Shown: in pieces, positions 8,940 through 18,960 of the stretch
Layout: every line of letters starts with the position of its first letter
Position numbering within the stretch: the stretch's first letter is position 1
Assembly (NCBI GenBank): GCA_963846575.1
Contig: CAWJWJ010000002.1
Coordinates: 1,248,001-1,312,000 of the forward strand
Length of the DNA: 64,000 nt
Direction of reading: 5' to 3'
Origin: an uncultured Nitrospiraceae bacterium
GTDB lineage: Bacteria; Nitrospirota; Nitrospiria; Nitrospirales; Nitrospiraceae
Position numbers and translations under genes: made by a program
Notes under the pieces: generated by a model
Database searches by the model: none
The model's input: only the letters and a program-made list of their open reading frames with translations
What the model was told of the DNA's origin: nothing

Positions 8940-10013
8940 TTATCGGGACCGGGAGGGACCGGTTTCATCTTCGTACTCGGCGAACAGCCGTTTGGCCTCC
9001 GGGTGGAGTAGATGGGGTTGCCCATAGGGGATGCCGGCGGTTCGAAACAGCGGGGTCAGCTTTTCGTTCGGGTGCAGGTATCCCGCCCGCAGGGGGACGG
9101 ACCGTTTCGTGTGACGGATAAGCGAGCAGGGGGTTGGACGGATGGCCGTCAACCAATCGGCAATATCCTGGGGGTTTCCGATGGAAGCGGAAAGCAGCAG
9201 GAGACGGGCTTGCGCTGGACAGAAGATCAAGGTTTCTTCCCAGACGACACCACGTTCCGGATCGGCTAAATATTGGGATTCATCCATGATGACCAGCCCC
9301 AGGGTATCCAGGCGAACGTCGATTTCCCCGCCCGCTGCATCATAGAGCAGATTGCGCAAAATCTCGGTGGTCATGATCAACAGGGAAGCCTGAGCGTTCT
9401 CGCGGCGATCACCCGTGAGAATTCCCACCTGCTCGGGGCCGAAGATGCGCGAGAATTCGGTGAATTTCGTGTTCGAGAGCGCCTTGAGTGGCGAAGTGTA
9501 AATCACCGTGCGATTTTCACGTATCGCCCGCGCAGTGGCCTCGATAGCGACATATGTTTTCCCGCTTCCCGTAGGCACGCTGACCACGACGTCCGTTTCG
9601 GCGAGCCGTGCCAGCGCGTCAATCTGCCAGGCATCCGGCACAAAGGGTTGCGGCGGCGGCACCCCGATGCCCGATAACCATTCGTGCAGTGAAACGGGCG
9701 GGTCATGGTGATGGCCAGGCTCTTCGGTCTTTGCCGGACGCTGCGGCTGGTGGGGCGCGAGGGGTCGGGGTTTGATTGGCGTCCGGGCCGGGGTTTCGGC
9801 GGTTGCAGCGGGCCGGCGATGAGTCTGTTCTTCGATCAAGGCGAGGAGATCAGACTCCAGGCCGGGACGGTTTTCCGGCGAGGCATGCAAGAGTAGATCG
9901 ACGAGTTTACGTTTGCCTGACCGGAAGTGCCGGCTGATGCGTCCACGCGCCAGGCGATGGAGCAGTGAGACCGGTTGTTTCAACAGAAGCTGTTCGAGTT
10001 CGTGTGTCGTCAT
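8940..10013 (-). CDS. HelY/Ski2-like helicase, N-terminal RecA1 (ATP-binding) half
   Basis: PTGSGKT, YTSPLKALSN, GILTGD, MTTEILRNLLY, motif II DESQ, motif III SAS; no RecA2 motifs. Confidence 0.9.
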   Translation of the reverse strand: MTTHELEQLLLKQPVSLLHRLARGRISRHFRSGKRKLVDLLLHASPENRPGLESDLLALIEEQTHRRPAATAETPARTPIKPRPLAPHQPQRPAKTEEPGHHHDPPVSLHEWLSGIGVPPPQPFVPDAWQIDALARLAETDVVVSVPTGSGKTYVAIEATARAIRENRTVIYTSPLKALSNTKFTEFSRIFGPEQVGILTGDRRENAQASLLIMTTEILRNLLYDAAGGEIDVRLDTLGLVIMDESQYLADPERGVVWEETLIFCPAQARLLLLSASIGNPQDIADWLTAIRPTPCSLIRHTKRSVPLRAGYLHPNEKLTPLFRTAGIPYGQPHLLHPEAKRLFAEYEDETGPSRSR

Positions 10014-10116
10014 GCGGACCTTGTGCCTGTAGAGGCAGCCGTTTCCGCAGGTCCTCCTGATGGCCGACAGGCCACCAGCGTGGCTGACCGGCTGCTACGA
10101 ATCATGCGGTACGTCC

Positions 10117-11979
10117 TCACGGTAATTCCTCCAGTACCCCTCGCCGCATCGCCTCGATGGCCTTGGACGCCGACTCCGCAAGGGAGGGGTGCGTCCCTTT
10201 CAAGGTTTTGAGTTGCGACAGAAACTCGATCGTGCGCGCAAACAGCCTGAACATGTCGCCCTCGGCCATCGTCGTGAGACGGGCCAGCCCGATCCAGGTG
10301 AGGGTTTGGTCCGCCACCCATCGTTCCGTCAACGCCGCGACGTCGGCCCGAAGCATCGGTGGCTCCTCGTGGGGGAGGAGGCTCTCTGCCAGTTTACGGA
10401 CTTGAAACAGCAGCGTGACGAGCCCCGTGCTACCCCGGGGAAAGGACCCCGGACGGTCGTCATCATGGGCGATACTGGCCATGATGGCGGCAAGCAAGGG
10501 CGGGTCGATCGCACCAAACGCTTCAGCACGGATGAGTTCAGTGATCAAGAGGGAATGATCGATGCGGATGAGCCTCGCCCATTCGCCGTCGGCGGTGAGC
10601 TGGGCATTGGCGTTGAGGTAGCCGAATCGCTCCAAGACATCGATTCGTTCCTGGAAGCGATGCCACAAACTCGTTTGAAGGGCCTGGATGGACTTCGTGT
10701 GCCGGAGAATTTCCTGACGGATCCGCGACGCCTTGGGGAAATCCCGCTGGCAGGCCTGCCGTGAAGGGCAGGACGGACAGGGGAAATCACCCAGGGTATG
10801 AATAATGGAGCTGTCGAGCGGCGCGTCCTCTTCGGGTTGGGCCAGGATCGGCAGGATCGGCAGCCGCGGCGGCAGGTCCACCAGGTGCTGAGTTAATTGT
10901 TCCATTGCTTGCGGAGTCGTCCACGGGTAGGTGGACGATTCCTCGAAGTCATACGTGCGGTCGAACACCTGCGTGACGATCGAGGCGGGACACTCGCTCA
11001 GTGCGCCGCCTTCCCGCATAAGCGTCAGCATGGGCGCGTGCTGGCCCTTGCTGCGGTACTGGCGGAGGATGATGCCGCGCCCCCGTACCAGTCCGATGAC
11101 CCGTCCCGGTGTGAGAAAATTCAAGCGCGCCGCGACGTCCGGCGGTTCCTGCCTGGCTGCGGGCCCCCGGGGTTTCTTTCGTTTACGGGCCTGGTCAAAA
11201 ACCTGCCACTGCGTGATCCAATCCGAGCAGACCCGCGGGCCGAAAGGCTCCATCTCCACGCGGAGGGCGTCGAGTTTGGTTTCGAGCACGGCGGTGCGCT
11301 GGTTCAACTGGAACTGGGCAAAACTTTTCGCCAGGATCGACTGAATCTGTTCGCGCGGATGCGCCTTGAGCAGGTTCAACACCATCGGATAGCTGATCAC
11401 GAACTGGCTGTGGATCGGTTCCGGCTGTCCCGTGAGTCCCTTGGTCAGGACGGTCAGGTCGATGTAGGGCGATGGGGTGATGACGGCAAATCCCACGAGG
11501 TCCTTGCCCCGGCGGCCGGCGCGGCCGGCCAGTTGCTGAATTTCACTGGCCGTCAAATCAGTGAAATCCCGGGCCTTGCGGATGCTGGACTGAGTCACGA
11601 CCACGGTGCGCGCGGGGAAGTCGACACCGGCGGCAAGCGTGGTGGTTGCGAACACGGCGTCGAGAGAGCCGGTGCGCATCAGTTCTTCGACCGCGATCTT
11701 CCAGGAGGGCAAGTGCCCGGCATGATGTGCCGCGACACCGATACGTTGGACGGTGTCGATCAGGGGATGTTCCGCGATGCTGGGAAACTGTGAGGTGACG
11801 TGGGTCAGGACCTCGGCAATTTGCGCCTGGCGGGTCTTGGGAAGGACGACCTGACTGCGCTCGAAGGACTGCATAGCCTCGTCGCAGGCCCGTCTCGAGG
11901 TAAGGAAAATAATCGCGGGAGTGAGATTTCTTTGGCGGAGAGTCGCGACCAGATCAACCGGATGAATCGACGGCGGCAT
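10117..11979 (-). CDS. HelY/Ski2-like helicase, C-terminal half (RecA2, arch, DSHCT-like)
   Basis: PAIIFLTSRRACD, HHAG, ATTTLAAGVDFPARTVV, QLAGRAGRRG, C-terminal EGD..R..RRGV; no Walker A. Confidence 0.88.
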   Translation of the reverse strand: MPPSIHPVDLVATLRQRNLTPAIIFLTSRRACDEAMQSFERSQVVLPKTRQAQIAEVLTHVTSQFPSIAEHPLIDTVQRIGVAAHHAGHLPSWKIAVEELMRTGSLDAVFATTTLAAGVDFPARTVVVTQSSIRKARDFTDLTASEIQQLAGRAGRRGKDLVGFAVITPSPYIDLTVLTKGLTGQPEPIHSQFVISYPMVLNLLKAHPREQIQSILAKSFAQFQLNQRTAVLETKLDALRVEMEPFGPRVCSDWITQWQVFDQARKRKKPRGPAARQEPPDVAARLNFLTPGRVIGLVRGRGIILRQYRSKGQHAPMLTLMREGGALSECPASIVTQVFDRTYDFEESSTYPWTTPQAMEQLTQHLVDLPPRLPILPILAQPEEDAPLDSSIIHTLGDFPCPSCPSRQACQRDFPKASRIRQEILRHTKSIQALQTSLWHRFQERIDVLERFGYLNANAQLTADGEWARLIRIDHSLLITELIRAEAFGAIDPPLLAAIMASIAHDDDRPGSFPRGSTGLVTLLFQVRKLAESLLPHEEPPMLRADVAALTERWVADQTLTWIGLARLTTMAEGDMFRLFARTIEFLSQLKTLKGTHPSLAESASKAIEAMRRGVLEELP

Positions 11980-13201
11980 TCAGTTTCATTCCCTTTGAGA
12001 TAACGACCAGCCCGGAGTCGGTGACTTTGAAGCGTTGGCGGTCCGTGACCGGGTCGTAGCCGATCTCGGTTTTGGGTGGGATGATGACGTCTTTGTCGAT
12101 GATTGCGCGTCGGATGCGGGCATGCTCGCCGATCACGACGTTTTCCATCAAGACGGACTCCCGTACGTCGGCATGGTCGTGAACGCGCACGTTGGGGGAG
12201 AGAACCGAGTTCTGCACGCGCCCGCCGGAAATGATACAGCCTCCGCAGACGATGGAATCGAGCGCGACTCCCATCCGGCCGCCCTGGAAATCCTGGGCAA
12301 AGACGAACTTGGCGGGAGGGAATTGTCCCTGATAGGTGCGAATGGGCCATTCCTGATCGTAGAGGTTGAAGAGCGGATCGACCGCCACGAGGTCCATGTT
12401 GGCTTCCCAATAGGCATCCAACGTGCCGATGTCGCGCCAGTACTTCACCGCTTTCTTGTTCTCGTCCTGGAATTTGAACGCGTACACGCGGTTTTCATTG
12501 ATCATGCGCGGAATGATGTTCTTCCCGAAATCGTGTTTGGTCCCTTCCTTGGCGTCCCGGATGAGCTGCTCGCGGACGACCTCGGTCCGGAACAGGTAGA
12601 TGCCCATGGAGACAAATGCCTGTGTCGGATCGCCGGGAATGTGCGAGGGCTTTTCCGGTTTCTCATCGAAGCTCAATATCCGCCGGTCTTCATCCACTGC
12701 GATGACGCCGAATCGGTTGGCATCGGCCAGCGGGGTTTCGATCGCACCCACGATTGCATCCGCCTGCTTCTCGATCAGCAGGTTGTACATGTCGGCATAG
12801 TTCATCTTGTAGATGTGATCTCCGGCCAATATCAGAAGGAACTCAGGGAGATCATTGTCCAGCAGGAACAGATTCTGAAACACGGCGTCAGCCGTGCCTC
12901 TGTACCAGTCTTCGCTGATGCGTTGCTGCGGAGGAATTGAGGCAATGTATTCGCCCAGCTCGAGATTCAGAATATTCCATCCGGTGCGGATATGCCGGTC
13001 GAGCGAATGGGATTTGTATTGGATCAGGACGGCGATCTGGCGCAGCCCGGAGTTCAGGCAGTTACTGAGCGTGAAGTCGATGATGCGGTATTTGCCGCCG
13101 AACGGAACGGCTGGTTTCGCGCGCTGATCGGTGAGAGGATTCAAGCGCTCGCCCTTTCCTCCCGCCAGCACCATGGTGAAGATCTTTGGCATATTAGGCA
13201 T
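11954..13201 (-). CDS. glgC: Glucose-1-phosphate adenylyltransferase (start may be 13192)
   Basis: LAGGKGERL, RAKPAVPFGGKYR, WYRGTADA, GDHIY, SMGIY, YWRDIGT. Confidence 0.97.
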   Translation of the reverse strand: MPNMPKIFTMVLAGGKGERLNPLTDQRAKPAVPFGGKYRIIDFTLSNCLNSGLRQIAVLIQYKSHSLDRHIRTGWNILNLELGEYIASIPPQQRISEDWYRGTADAVFQNLFLLDNDLPEFLLILAGDHIYKMNYADMYNLLIEKQADAIVGAIETPLADANRFGVIAVDEDRRILSFDEKPEKPSHIPGDPTQAFVSMGIYLFRTEVVREQLIRDAKEGTKHDFGKNIIPRMINENRVYAFKFQDENKKAVKYWRDIGTLDAYWEANMDLVAVDPLFNLYDQEWPIRTYQGQFPPAKFVFAQDFQGGRMGVALDSIVCGGCIISGGRVQNSVLSPNVRVHDHADVRESVLMENVVIGEHARIRRAIIDKDVIIPPKTEIGYDPVTDRQRFKVTDSGLVVISKGMKLNAAVDSSG

Positions 13202-13253
13202 AGATGGGCGGGATTGTATCAGGACGATGACGGAATAGAAAGCACGCAGAATG

Positions 13254-13282
13254 TTGACTTCATCTCGAACTGGGACGATACT
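13254..13282 (+). promoter_or_regulatory. sigma70-type promoter
   Basis: TTGACT-N17-GATACT upstream of the 13335 ORF and pot operon. Confidence 0.55.
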
Positions 13283-13334
13283 ACGAATCGGCGGGCCTCC
13301 CCGGCCTCAGGTCGGTCTCAATCAAGGAGCAGAC

Positions 13335-13613
13335 ATGAAAAAAGTCAATGCGCAGCCGGTCGGTATCAAGTCTGGAACCGAGGCGGCCAATCCGATGATG
13401 GAAATGGTCTGGCGACTCGGACGGTTGGAGCGGCAGGTGCAACGCTTGTCCGAACTGGTACGGAACCATGCCGAAGACAATGACCGGTTGGTGCGGATTG
13501 TGGCGGAGGATCGTGACGTGATTCGACGCGAACTGTTGCGGAAGCACGAACATCGGGTGCGGGTGCGCAAACATCTGCGCGATGTGAGTTCCAAAGTCGG
13601 CATGGAACACTGA
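13335..13613 (+). CDS. Small coiled-coil hypothetical protein
   Basis: AAGGAG RBS before ATG 13335; heptad-like LERQVQRLSELV. Confidence 0.65.
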   Translation: MKKVNAQPVGIKSGTEAANPMMEMVWRLGRLERQVQRLSELVRNHAEDNDRLVRIVAEDRDVIRRELLRKHEHRVRVRKHLRDVSSKVGMEH

Positions 13614-13652
13614 CCGTTGTCTTCCGGTATGCCGCGGTGAACCCAGCCTCTG

Positions 13653-14792
13653 ATGGCGACGCTTGCCACTCCTCCTTTATCCGCATCTGACGGTTCCACC
13701 CTCCCTTCAGGTCCCACGATCGAGATCCGCGGAATCGGGCGGCGCCATGGGTCCGTCATGGCCGTCGATCACGTGAGCTTTGACGTTCGTCGCGGCGAAT
13801 TTTTTTCCATTCTCGGTCCGAGCGGCGCGGGGAAGACGTCTTTGCTGCGCATGATGGCCGGTTTCGAGGACCCCGACGAGGGCGATCTGTTGATTGAAGG
13901 TCGGTCGATGCTCGGGGTGCCGCCGAATCGACGGCCCGTGAATCTGGTCTTTCAATCCTACGCGCTGTTTCCCCATCTGACTCTATTTGAGAATGTCGCC
14001 TTCGGCTTGAGAATGCGGGGGATACGCGCGTCCCTTCTCCATGAGAAGGTGCAGCAAGCCCTGGTAATGGTCAAGCTGACCGGTAAGGAGGCGCGACTGC
14101 CGGCGCAGCTCTCGGGCGGCGAGCAACAGCGGGTGGCCCTGGCGCGCGCGTTGGTCAATAAACCGGCGGTGGTGTTACTCGATGAACCGCTGGCGGCGTT
14201 GGATCAACAATTACGGCAGGAGATGCAGGTCGAACTGAAATCCATTCAAGAACAGGCGGGACTGACGTGTGTGTGCGTCACGCACCATCAGGAAGAGGCC
14301 ATGATGATGTCGGACCGCATCGCGGTGATGCATCAGGGACGCATGTGGCAGATCGGGCCTCCCCGGGAAGTCTATGAGCGGCCCGCCAATCTGTTTGTGT
14401 CGAGATTTCTTGGCGTGTCCAATGAACTGCCCGGCAAGATCCTTGGCAGCAGGGGGGGAGAGACAGCCTTTCAGCCTGCCGCGGGTGAGCAACCTCCCTT
14501 GCTGGTGCGATGGCGTAGCGGCGCCGAGAATGGCCGGTCGGCCACCTTGTCTCTCCGACCGGAGCACCTTCGCATGACGACTGAACGGCCTTCGGTGTCC
14601 GACCAGGTCGTCCCGGGTCGGATTGAAAAGGTGCTTTTCGTCGGGAGTGACACGAAATATCTTGTTCGAGTGAGCCAGGATCGACGATGGGAAGTCCGGC
14701 TGGCCTCGACGGCCCACTCGGCATCGTTCGTTCCGGGAGCGTCGGTGTTTCTTCAATGGTCCCTGTCTGACGGGCGGCTCTTCCTGGAATGA
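13653..14792 (+). CDS. potA: Spermidine/putrescine ABC transporter ATPase
   Basis: GPSGAGKT, LSGGEQQR, LLDEP, PPNRRPVNLVFQ, TOBE-like tail; operon context. Confidence 0.9.
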   Translation: MATLATPPLSASDGSTLPSGPTIEIRGIGRRHGSVMAVDHVSFDVRRGEFFSILGPSGAGKTSLLRMMAGFEDPDEGDLLIEGRSMLGVPPNRRPVNLVFQSYALFPHLTLFENVAFGLRMRGIRASLLHEKVQQALVMVKLTGKEARLPAQLSGGEQQRVALARALVNKPAVVLLDEPLAALDQQLRQEMQVELKSIQEQAGLTCVCVTHHQEEAMMMSDRIAVMHQGRMWQIGPPREVYERPANLFVSRFLGVSNELPGKILGSRGGETAFQPAAGEQPPLLVRWRSGAENGRSATLSLRPEHLRMTTERPSVSDQVVPGRIEKVLFVGSDTKYLVRVSQDRRWEVRLASTAHSASFVPGASVFLQWSLSDGRLFLE

Positions 14793-15685
14793 CGATGCCA
14801 GCCCGCCACCTCCAGCCTCTCCGCAGGGTTCCCCGGTTGTCCTGCCGCTCCTGTTGGCTCGCTGCACCCGGGTTGATCTGGATGGCGCTGTTCTTTCTCG
14901 TGCCGCTCGGGATGGTGTTTGCGATCAGCTTTGCCTCGCGGGGGACCTATGGCGGCATTGTCTGGGACTTCACGGCGGCGAACTACCTCGATCTCCTACA
15001 CCCGCTGTACGGCAAAATTCTCGCTCAATCGCTGTGGTACGCGACGATCACCACAGCACTCTGCTTTCTTCTGGGATTCCCGCTCGCGTATGTCATTGCC
15101 CGCAGTCCCGCCCGCTGGCAACCGGTGTTCCTCCTGCTCGTCATGTTGCCGTTCTGGACAAATTTTCTCGTGCGGACCTATGCCTGGATGATTCTGCTTC
15201 GCCATGACGGCCTGATCAACCGGGTGCTGACCACAACGGGGATTGCGGATGGCCCGTTGGAACTCCTCTATACGCCGACCGCGGTCGTGATCGGGCTGGT
15301 CTACGGATATCTCCCGTTCATGGTGTTGCCCTTGTACGTGGCCATTGAGCGTCTGGATCCACTTCTGGTGGAGGCGGCCTGGGATCTTTACGCCTCGCGC
15401 TGGGCGGTCTTTACGCGCATCATTCTCCCGCTGACCAAGCCGGGCATCGTCGGCGGCTGCATCCTGGTCTTCGTTCCGTCGATCGGCTCCTTCATCACTC
15501 CGGATCTCCTGGGCGGGGCTCGAAGCATGATGATCGGCAATCTCATCCAGCACGAATACCTCGTGGTGAGGGACTGGCCGCTGGGTTCCGCTGTATCGTT
15601 TGTGTTGATGGCGGTGGTCATGGCAGCGGTCAAGCTCTATTACCGGAGCGCCTCTCAAGCCGAGGGGCCCCTGGAGGCACGATGA
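14789..15685 (+). CDS. potB: Polyamine ABC permease
   Basis: LPFWTNFLVRTYAW, YLPFMVLPLY, EAAxDL loop. Confidence 0.9.
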   Translation: MTMPARHLQPLRRVPRLSCRSCWLAAPGLIWMALFFLVPLGMVFAISFASRGTYGGIVWDFTAANYLDLLHPLYGKILAQSLWYATITTALCFLLGFPLAYVIARSPARWQPVFLLLVMLPFWTNFLVRTYAWMILLRHDGLINRVLTTTGIADGPLELLYTPTAVVIGLVYGYLPFMVLPLYVAIERLDPLLVEAAWDLYASRWAVFTRIILPLTKPGIVGGCILVFVPSIGSFITPDLLGGARSMMIGNLIQHEYLVVRDWPLGSAVSFVLMAVVMAAVKLYYRSASQAEGPLEAR

Positions 15686-16455
15686 AACGTGGATCGACCG
15701 GTCTGACCGCGATCAGTCTGCTCTCGATGCTGTTCCTCTACGGGCCGATCTTCGTGCTGGTGCTGTATTCGTTTAATGCCGCTCATCTGTCGATGGCCTG
15801 GGGCGGGGCGACGCTCAAATGGTATGAGGCGCTTCTGCACGACGAGGCGTTGCTGACCGCGACGGCAAACAGTCTGCTCATTGCCGTGGTCTCCACTATC
15901 GGGGCTACCGCCCTGGGCGGGCTCCTTGCGCTCGGGATGGACCGCATGTCTCATCGCCGGCAACAGACCATCGAAGGCGGGCTGATTCTGCCATTGGTCA
16001 TTCCCGAAGTGATGATGGGCGTCGCGCTGATGCTCTTTTTCGTGATGTTTCGGATGCCACTCGGCCTCACCACGGTCATCCTCGGGCATATTGTTTTTAA
16101 TATTCCCCTTGTCACGATCATGCTTAGAACGCGACTGCGCAAGCTGGATCCCGCGTTGGGAGAAGCGGCGTCCGACTTGGGCGCCAGCGACTGGCAGGTG
16201 TTTCGTTATGTCACCTTGCCGTTGTTGCGGCCGGCCCTGTGGGGCGCCATGCTGGTGGCCTTCACGGTATCCCTGGATGATTTCCTGGTAACCTTTTTCA
16301 CAGCCGGTCCGGGGGCGACGACCTTGCCGCTCAAGGTCTATTCGATGATCAAGTCCGGCGTCACCCCGGAGATTAATGCCCTGTCGGCCCTGTTGCTGAT
16401 GATCTCCATGGGCTGCGTGGCCCTCTCCCTGCATCTGCAGCGTCGTGAGGTATAA
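15682..16455 (+). CDS. potC: Polyamine ABC permease
   Basis: FLYGPI..YSFN, EAASDLGA, SLDDF, TTLPL..TPEINA. Confidence 0.9.
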   Translation: MKRGSTGLTAISLLSMLFLYGPIFVLVLYSFNAAHLSMAWGGATLKWYEALLHDEALLTATANSLLIAVVSTIGATALGGLLALGMDRMSHRRQQTIEGGLILPLVIPEVMMGVALMLFFVMFRMPLGLTTVILGHIVFNIPLVTIMLRTRLRKLDPALGEAASDLGASDWQVFRYVTLPLLRPALWGAMLVAFTVSLDDFLVTFFTAGPGATTLPLKVYSMIKSGVTPEINALSALLLMISMGCVALSLHLQRREV

Positions 16456-17526
16456 GTGCCGTCACCCTTCCTGCGCATGGTGCTCTGTACGATCTGCCTT
16501 GTCGGGCCGATCGGAGGGCTGTCCGCCTGCGGGCCATCTTCCTCAGACCATACGACGGCGGCCCGACCGGTTCTGCACTATTTCACCTGGTCCGATTATG
16601 TGGGACCGGAAATCATCCAGGAATTTGAGCGGCGTGAGCAGGTCAGAGTTGTCGTCGATACCTTCAGCAGCAATGAGGAGTTATTGGCGAAACTCCAGAG
16701 CGGTGCGACGGGCTACGACGTGGCGGTCCCGTCTGACTTCATGGTGGCGATCATGATGCAGCAGGGTCTGCTCAGTGAGTTGGATCTGCAGGAATTGCCC
16801 AACGCCTCTCTGCTGGAGCCGCATCTGCAGGCGCTCCCTTTTGATCCCGAGGGCCGGTATTCGGTCCCGTACCTGTGGGGGACCGTGGGGATTGGATACG
16901 ATTCCGACGTCATTCCCGTCGCGCCGGATAGTTGGTGGATTCTCTGGGACCCTCGCTTTAGAGGTCGGATCAGCATGTTGAACGATCAACGGGAAGTGTT
17001 CGGTTCCGTGTTGCGAGCCATGGGCCAGTCTATGAACACCACGCAACCCGAAGTGATCGAGGCGGCAAAGGAGCAACTGTTGCGCCAGAAACCGCTGGTG
17101 AAGACCTACACGAGCGATCATTACGACCAGCTGCTGGCTTCGGGGGAGGTGGTCTTGGCGCAGGGGTGGGGGGGACCGATGGCGCGCGCGATGGTTGAAC
17201 GGCCGTCTATACGGTATGTGGTGCCGAAAGAAGGGGCCACGCTATGGGCCGATTGTCTGGTGGTTCTGAGGTCCGCACCGCAACCGCGGCTGGCCATGCG
17301 ATTCATCAACTTTTTAATGGCGCCTGAGATCGCGGCGCGTACTTCGGAGCGGTTGCGTTTCGCGTCCGCCTCCCGCGGAGCCCGTGATCATGTGAGTGCC
17401 TCGACCAGAGAGAACCCTGCCATCTATCCGCCCCTCGATCAGTTGGACCGGCTGGAATGGATGCGGGATGTGGGCCGGGCGATACGTCTGTACGACCGTG
17501 CCTGGACGGAATTGAAGATGCAGTGA
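16456..17526 (+). CDS. potD: Polyamine ABC substrate-binding lipoprotein
   Basis: Lipobox LSAC; WSDY, SNEELLAKL, YDVAVPSD, PYLWGT, PKEG. Confidence 0.9.
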   Translation: MPSPFLRMVLCTICLVGPIGGLSACGPSSSDHTTAARPVLHYFTWSDYVGPEIIQEFERREQVRVVVDTFSSNEELLAKLQSGATGYDVAVPSDFMVAIMMQQGLLSELDLQELPNASLLEPHLQALPFDPEGRYSVPYLWGTVGIGYDSDVIPVAPDSWWILWDPRFRGRISMLNDQREVFGSVLRAMGQSMNTTQPEVIEAAKEQLLRQKPLVKTYTSDHYDQLLASGEVVLAQGWGGPMARAMVERPSIRYVVPKEGATLWADCLVVLRSAPQPRLAMRFINFLMAPEIAARTSERLRFASASRGARDHVSASTRENPAIYPPLDQLDRLEWMRDVGRAIRLYDRAWTELKMQ

Positions 17527-17548
17527 TCGCGATGCGGCTTGCCGTGGT

Positions 17549-17576
17549 TTCAAATGCCTGGGAGAATCAGTATAAT
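17549..17576 (+). promoter_or_regulatory. Probable promoter for the efflux operon
   Basis: Perfect TATAAT at 17571-17576 with weak TTCAAA -35. Confidence 0.45.
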
Positions 17577-17613
17577 CATCGCCCTGTCCTCCGTTGTTTG
17601 ATTTTCCCTCACG

Positions 17614-18960
17614 ATGCGTGACGACATGTTCCAACACAGTGGTAGTCCACGATGCGGTTTGCGCAGGGCAACCGGATCGCTCCTTGTCTGCGTCCTGCTC
17701 TGCACGATGGCGATGCTCCCCACGGGGGGCGCGCAGGCCGTTGAACCAGTTCCGGGCGGTTCGTTGCCTCCACCGGCGGTCCGCCTGAATTTATCCGAGG
17801 CCGTCGCTCTTTTTCTGCGACAGAACCTGGATCTGATCATCGCCAAGTACGGCATCGAGTACAGTAAGGGGCAGCAAATCACGGCCCGTCTTTTTCCGAA
17901 TCCTGTGCTCCAGATCGGCACCAGCGCCGCGTTCACCCAGGGCAATACCGTCGGCAATTCGGGTGCGCTCACGACACAGCTGCTGCAACTCTTCGAACTG
18001 GCCGGCAAGCGCGGGTACCGGATCGAGAGCGCCGGGTTCGGGGTGCAATCGGCCGAGGCGGACTTCGAGGATGCGGTCCGCCAGTTGGGCTTCACGATCA
18101 AGGACGTGTATTACCGTGTGCTCGTCGCGCAACGTCGCTTGGCGCTCGCCGAAGAAAACCGGGATCGCTTCGCGCGGATTCTGGACGTCAACACGATTCG
18201 TTTTAAGAAGGGGTATATCGCCGAAGTCGATCTCATCCGCATCCGGCTGCAGGTCGTCGATTTTCAATCGCAGGTCATCGAGGCCATTCAAGACGGTGAA
18301 TCCGCAAGGGGTGATTTACGTCAGCTCCTGCGGTTGTCCCCGGCGACCAAGCTGGAGCTGACGACGGAAATGGACTATCGCCGTGTGGATCCGGACATGG
18401 GAAAACTCCGCACGGTAGCGATGGAGGTTCGCCCCGACATTCGAAGCAAGCGGGCGTCGCTGCTGCAGCGTGAATCGGATCTGAAGCTGGCCAAAGCGTT
18501 TCGCATACCGGATGTGACCATCGGCGCCGGGTACTCGGTGCAAGGCCCACGCGGCCCGGATAACCAGCAAATGGCCATCCTGAACCTGGGCGTGCCACTA
18601 CCGCTCTTCAATCGCAATCAGGGTGGCATCCTTCAAGCAGAAGTCGGCCTGCAATCCGCGCAGGCGGACCTGGACCGCACGGTGAATCAGGTCGAAAACC
18701 AGGTCGACGTCGCCTATCGCAATTTGCTGCAGAGCCGCCGACTGGTGGAGGCCTATCTGGCCGGCGTCCTGGACGATGCCCGCTCCACCTTTACGATCGT
18801 CGAACGTGCCTACGAGCGGGGAGGCGCCACCATCCTTGATCTGCTCGATGCGGCCCGCACCTCTCGCACGATTCAGCAGAATTTTATCGAAGCCTTGTTT
18901 TCCTATCAGCACAATCTGTTTCAATTGGAAAGTTCCGTGGGACAGGAGATCGCGTCATGA
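17614..18960 (+). CDS. czcC: TolC/CzcC-family outer membrane efflux protein
   Basis: Signal peptide, FPNP, ELAGKR, PLPLFNRNQG. Confidence 0.85.
   Translation: MRDDMFQHSGSPRCGLRRATGSLLVCVLLCTMAMLPTGGAQAVEPVPGGSLPPPAVRLNLSEAVALFLRQNLDLIIAKYGIEYSKGQQITARLFPNPVLQIGTSAAFTQGNTVGNSGALTTQLLQLFELAGKRGYRIESAGFGVQSAEADFEDAVRQLGFTIKDVYYRVLVAQRRLALAEENRDRFARILDVNTIRFKKGYIAEVDLIRIRLQVVDFQSQVIEAIQDGESARGDLRQLLRLSPATKLELTTEMDYRRVDPDMGKLRTVAMEVRPDIRSKRASLLQRESDLKLAKAFRIPDVTIGAGYSVQGPRGPDNQQMAILNLGVPLPLFNRNQGGILQAEVGLQSAQADLDRTVNQVENQVDVAYRNLLQSRRLVEAYLAGVLDDARSTFTIVERAYERGGATILDLLDAARTSRTIQQNFIEALFSYQHNLFQLESSVGQEIAS

Noticed and set aside
10010..10321. Bridge ORF or frameshift fusing the helicase halves
   Set aside because: The three ORFs are in three different frames and the RecA1 frame has a stop near 10095; no slippery site seen
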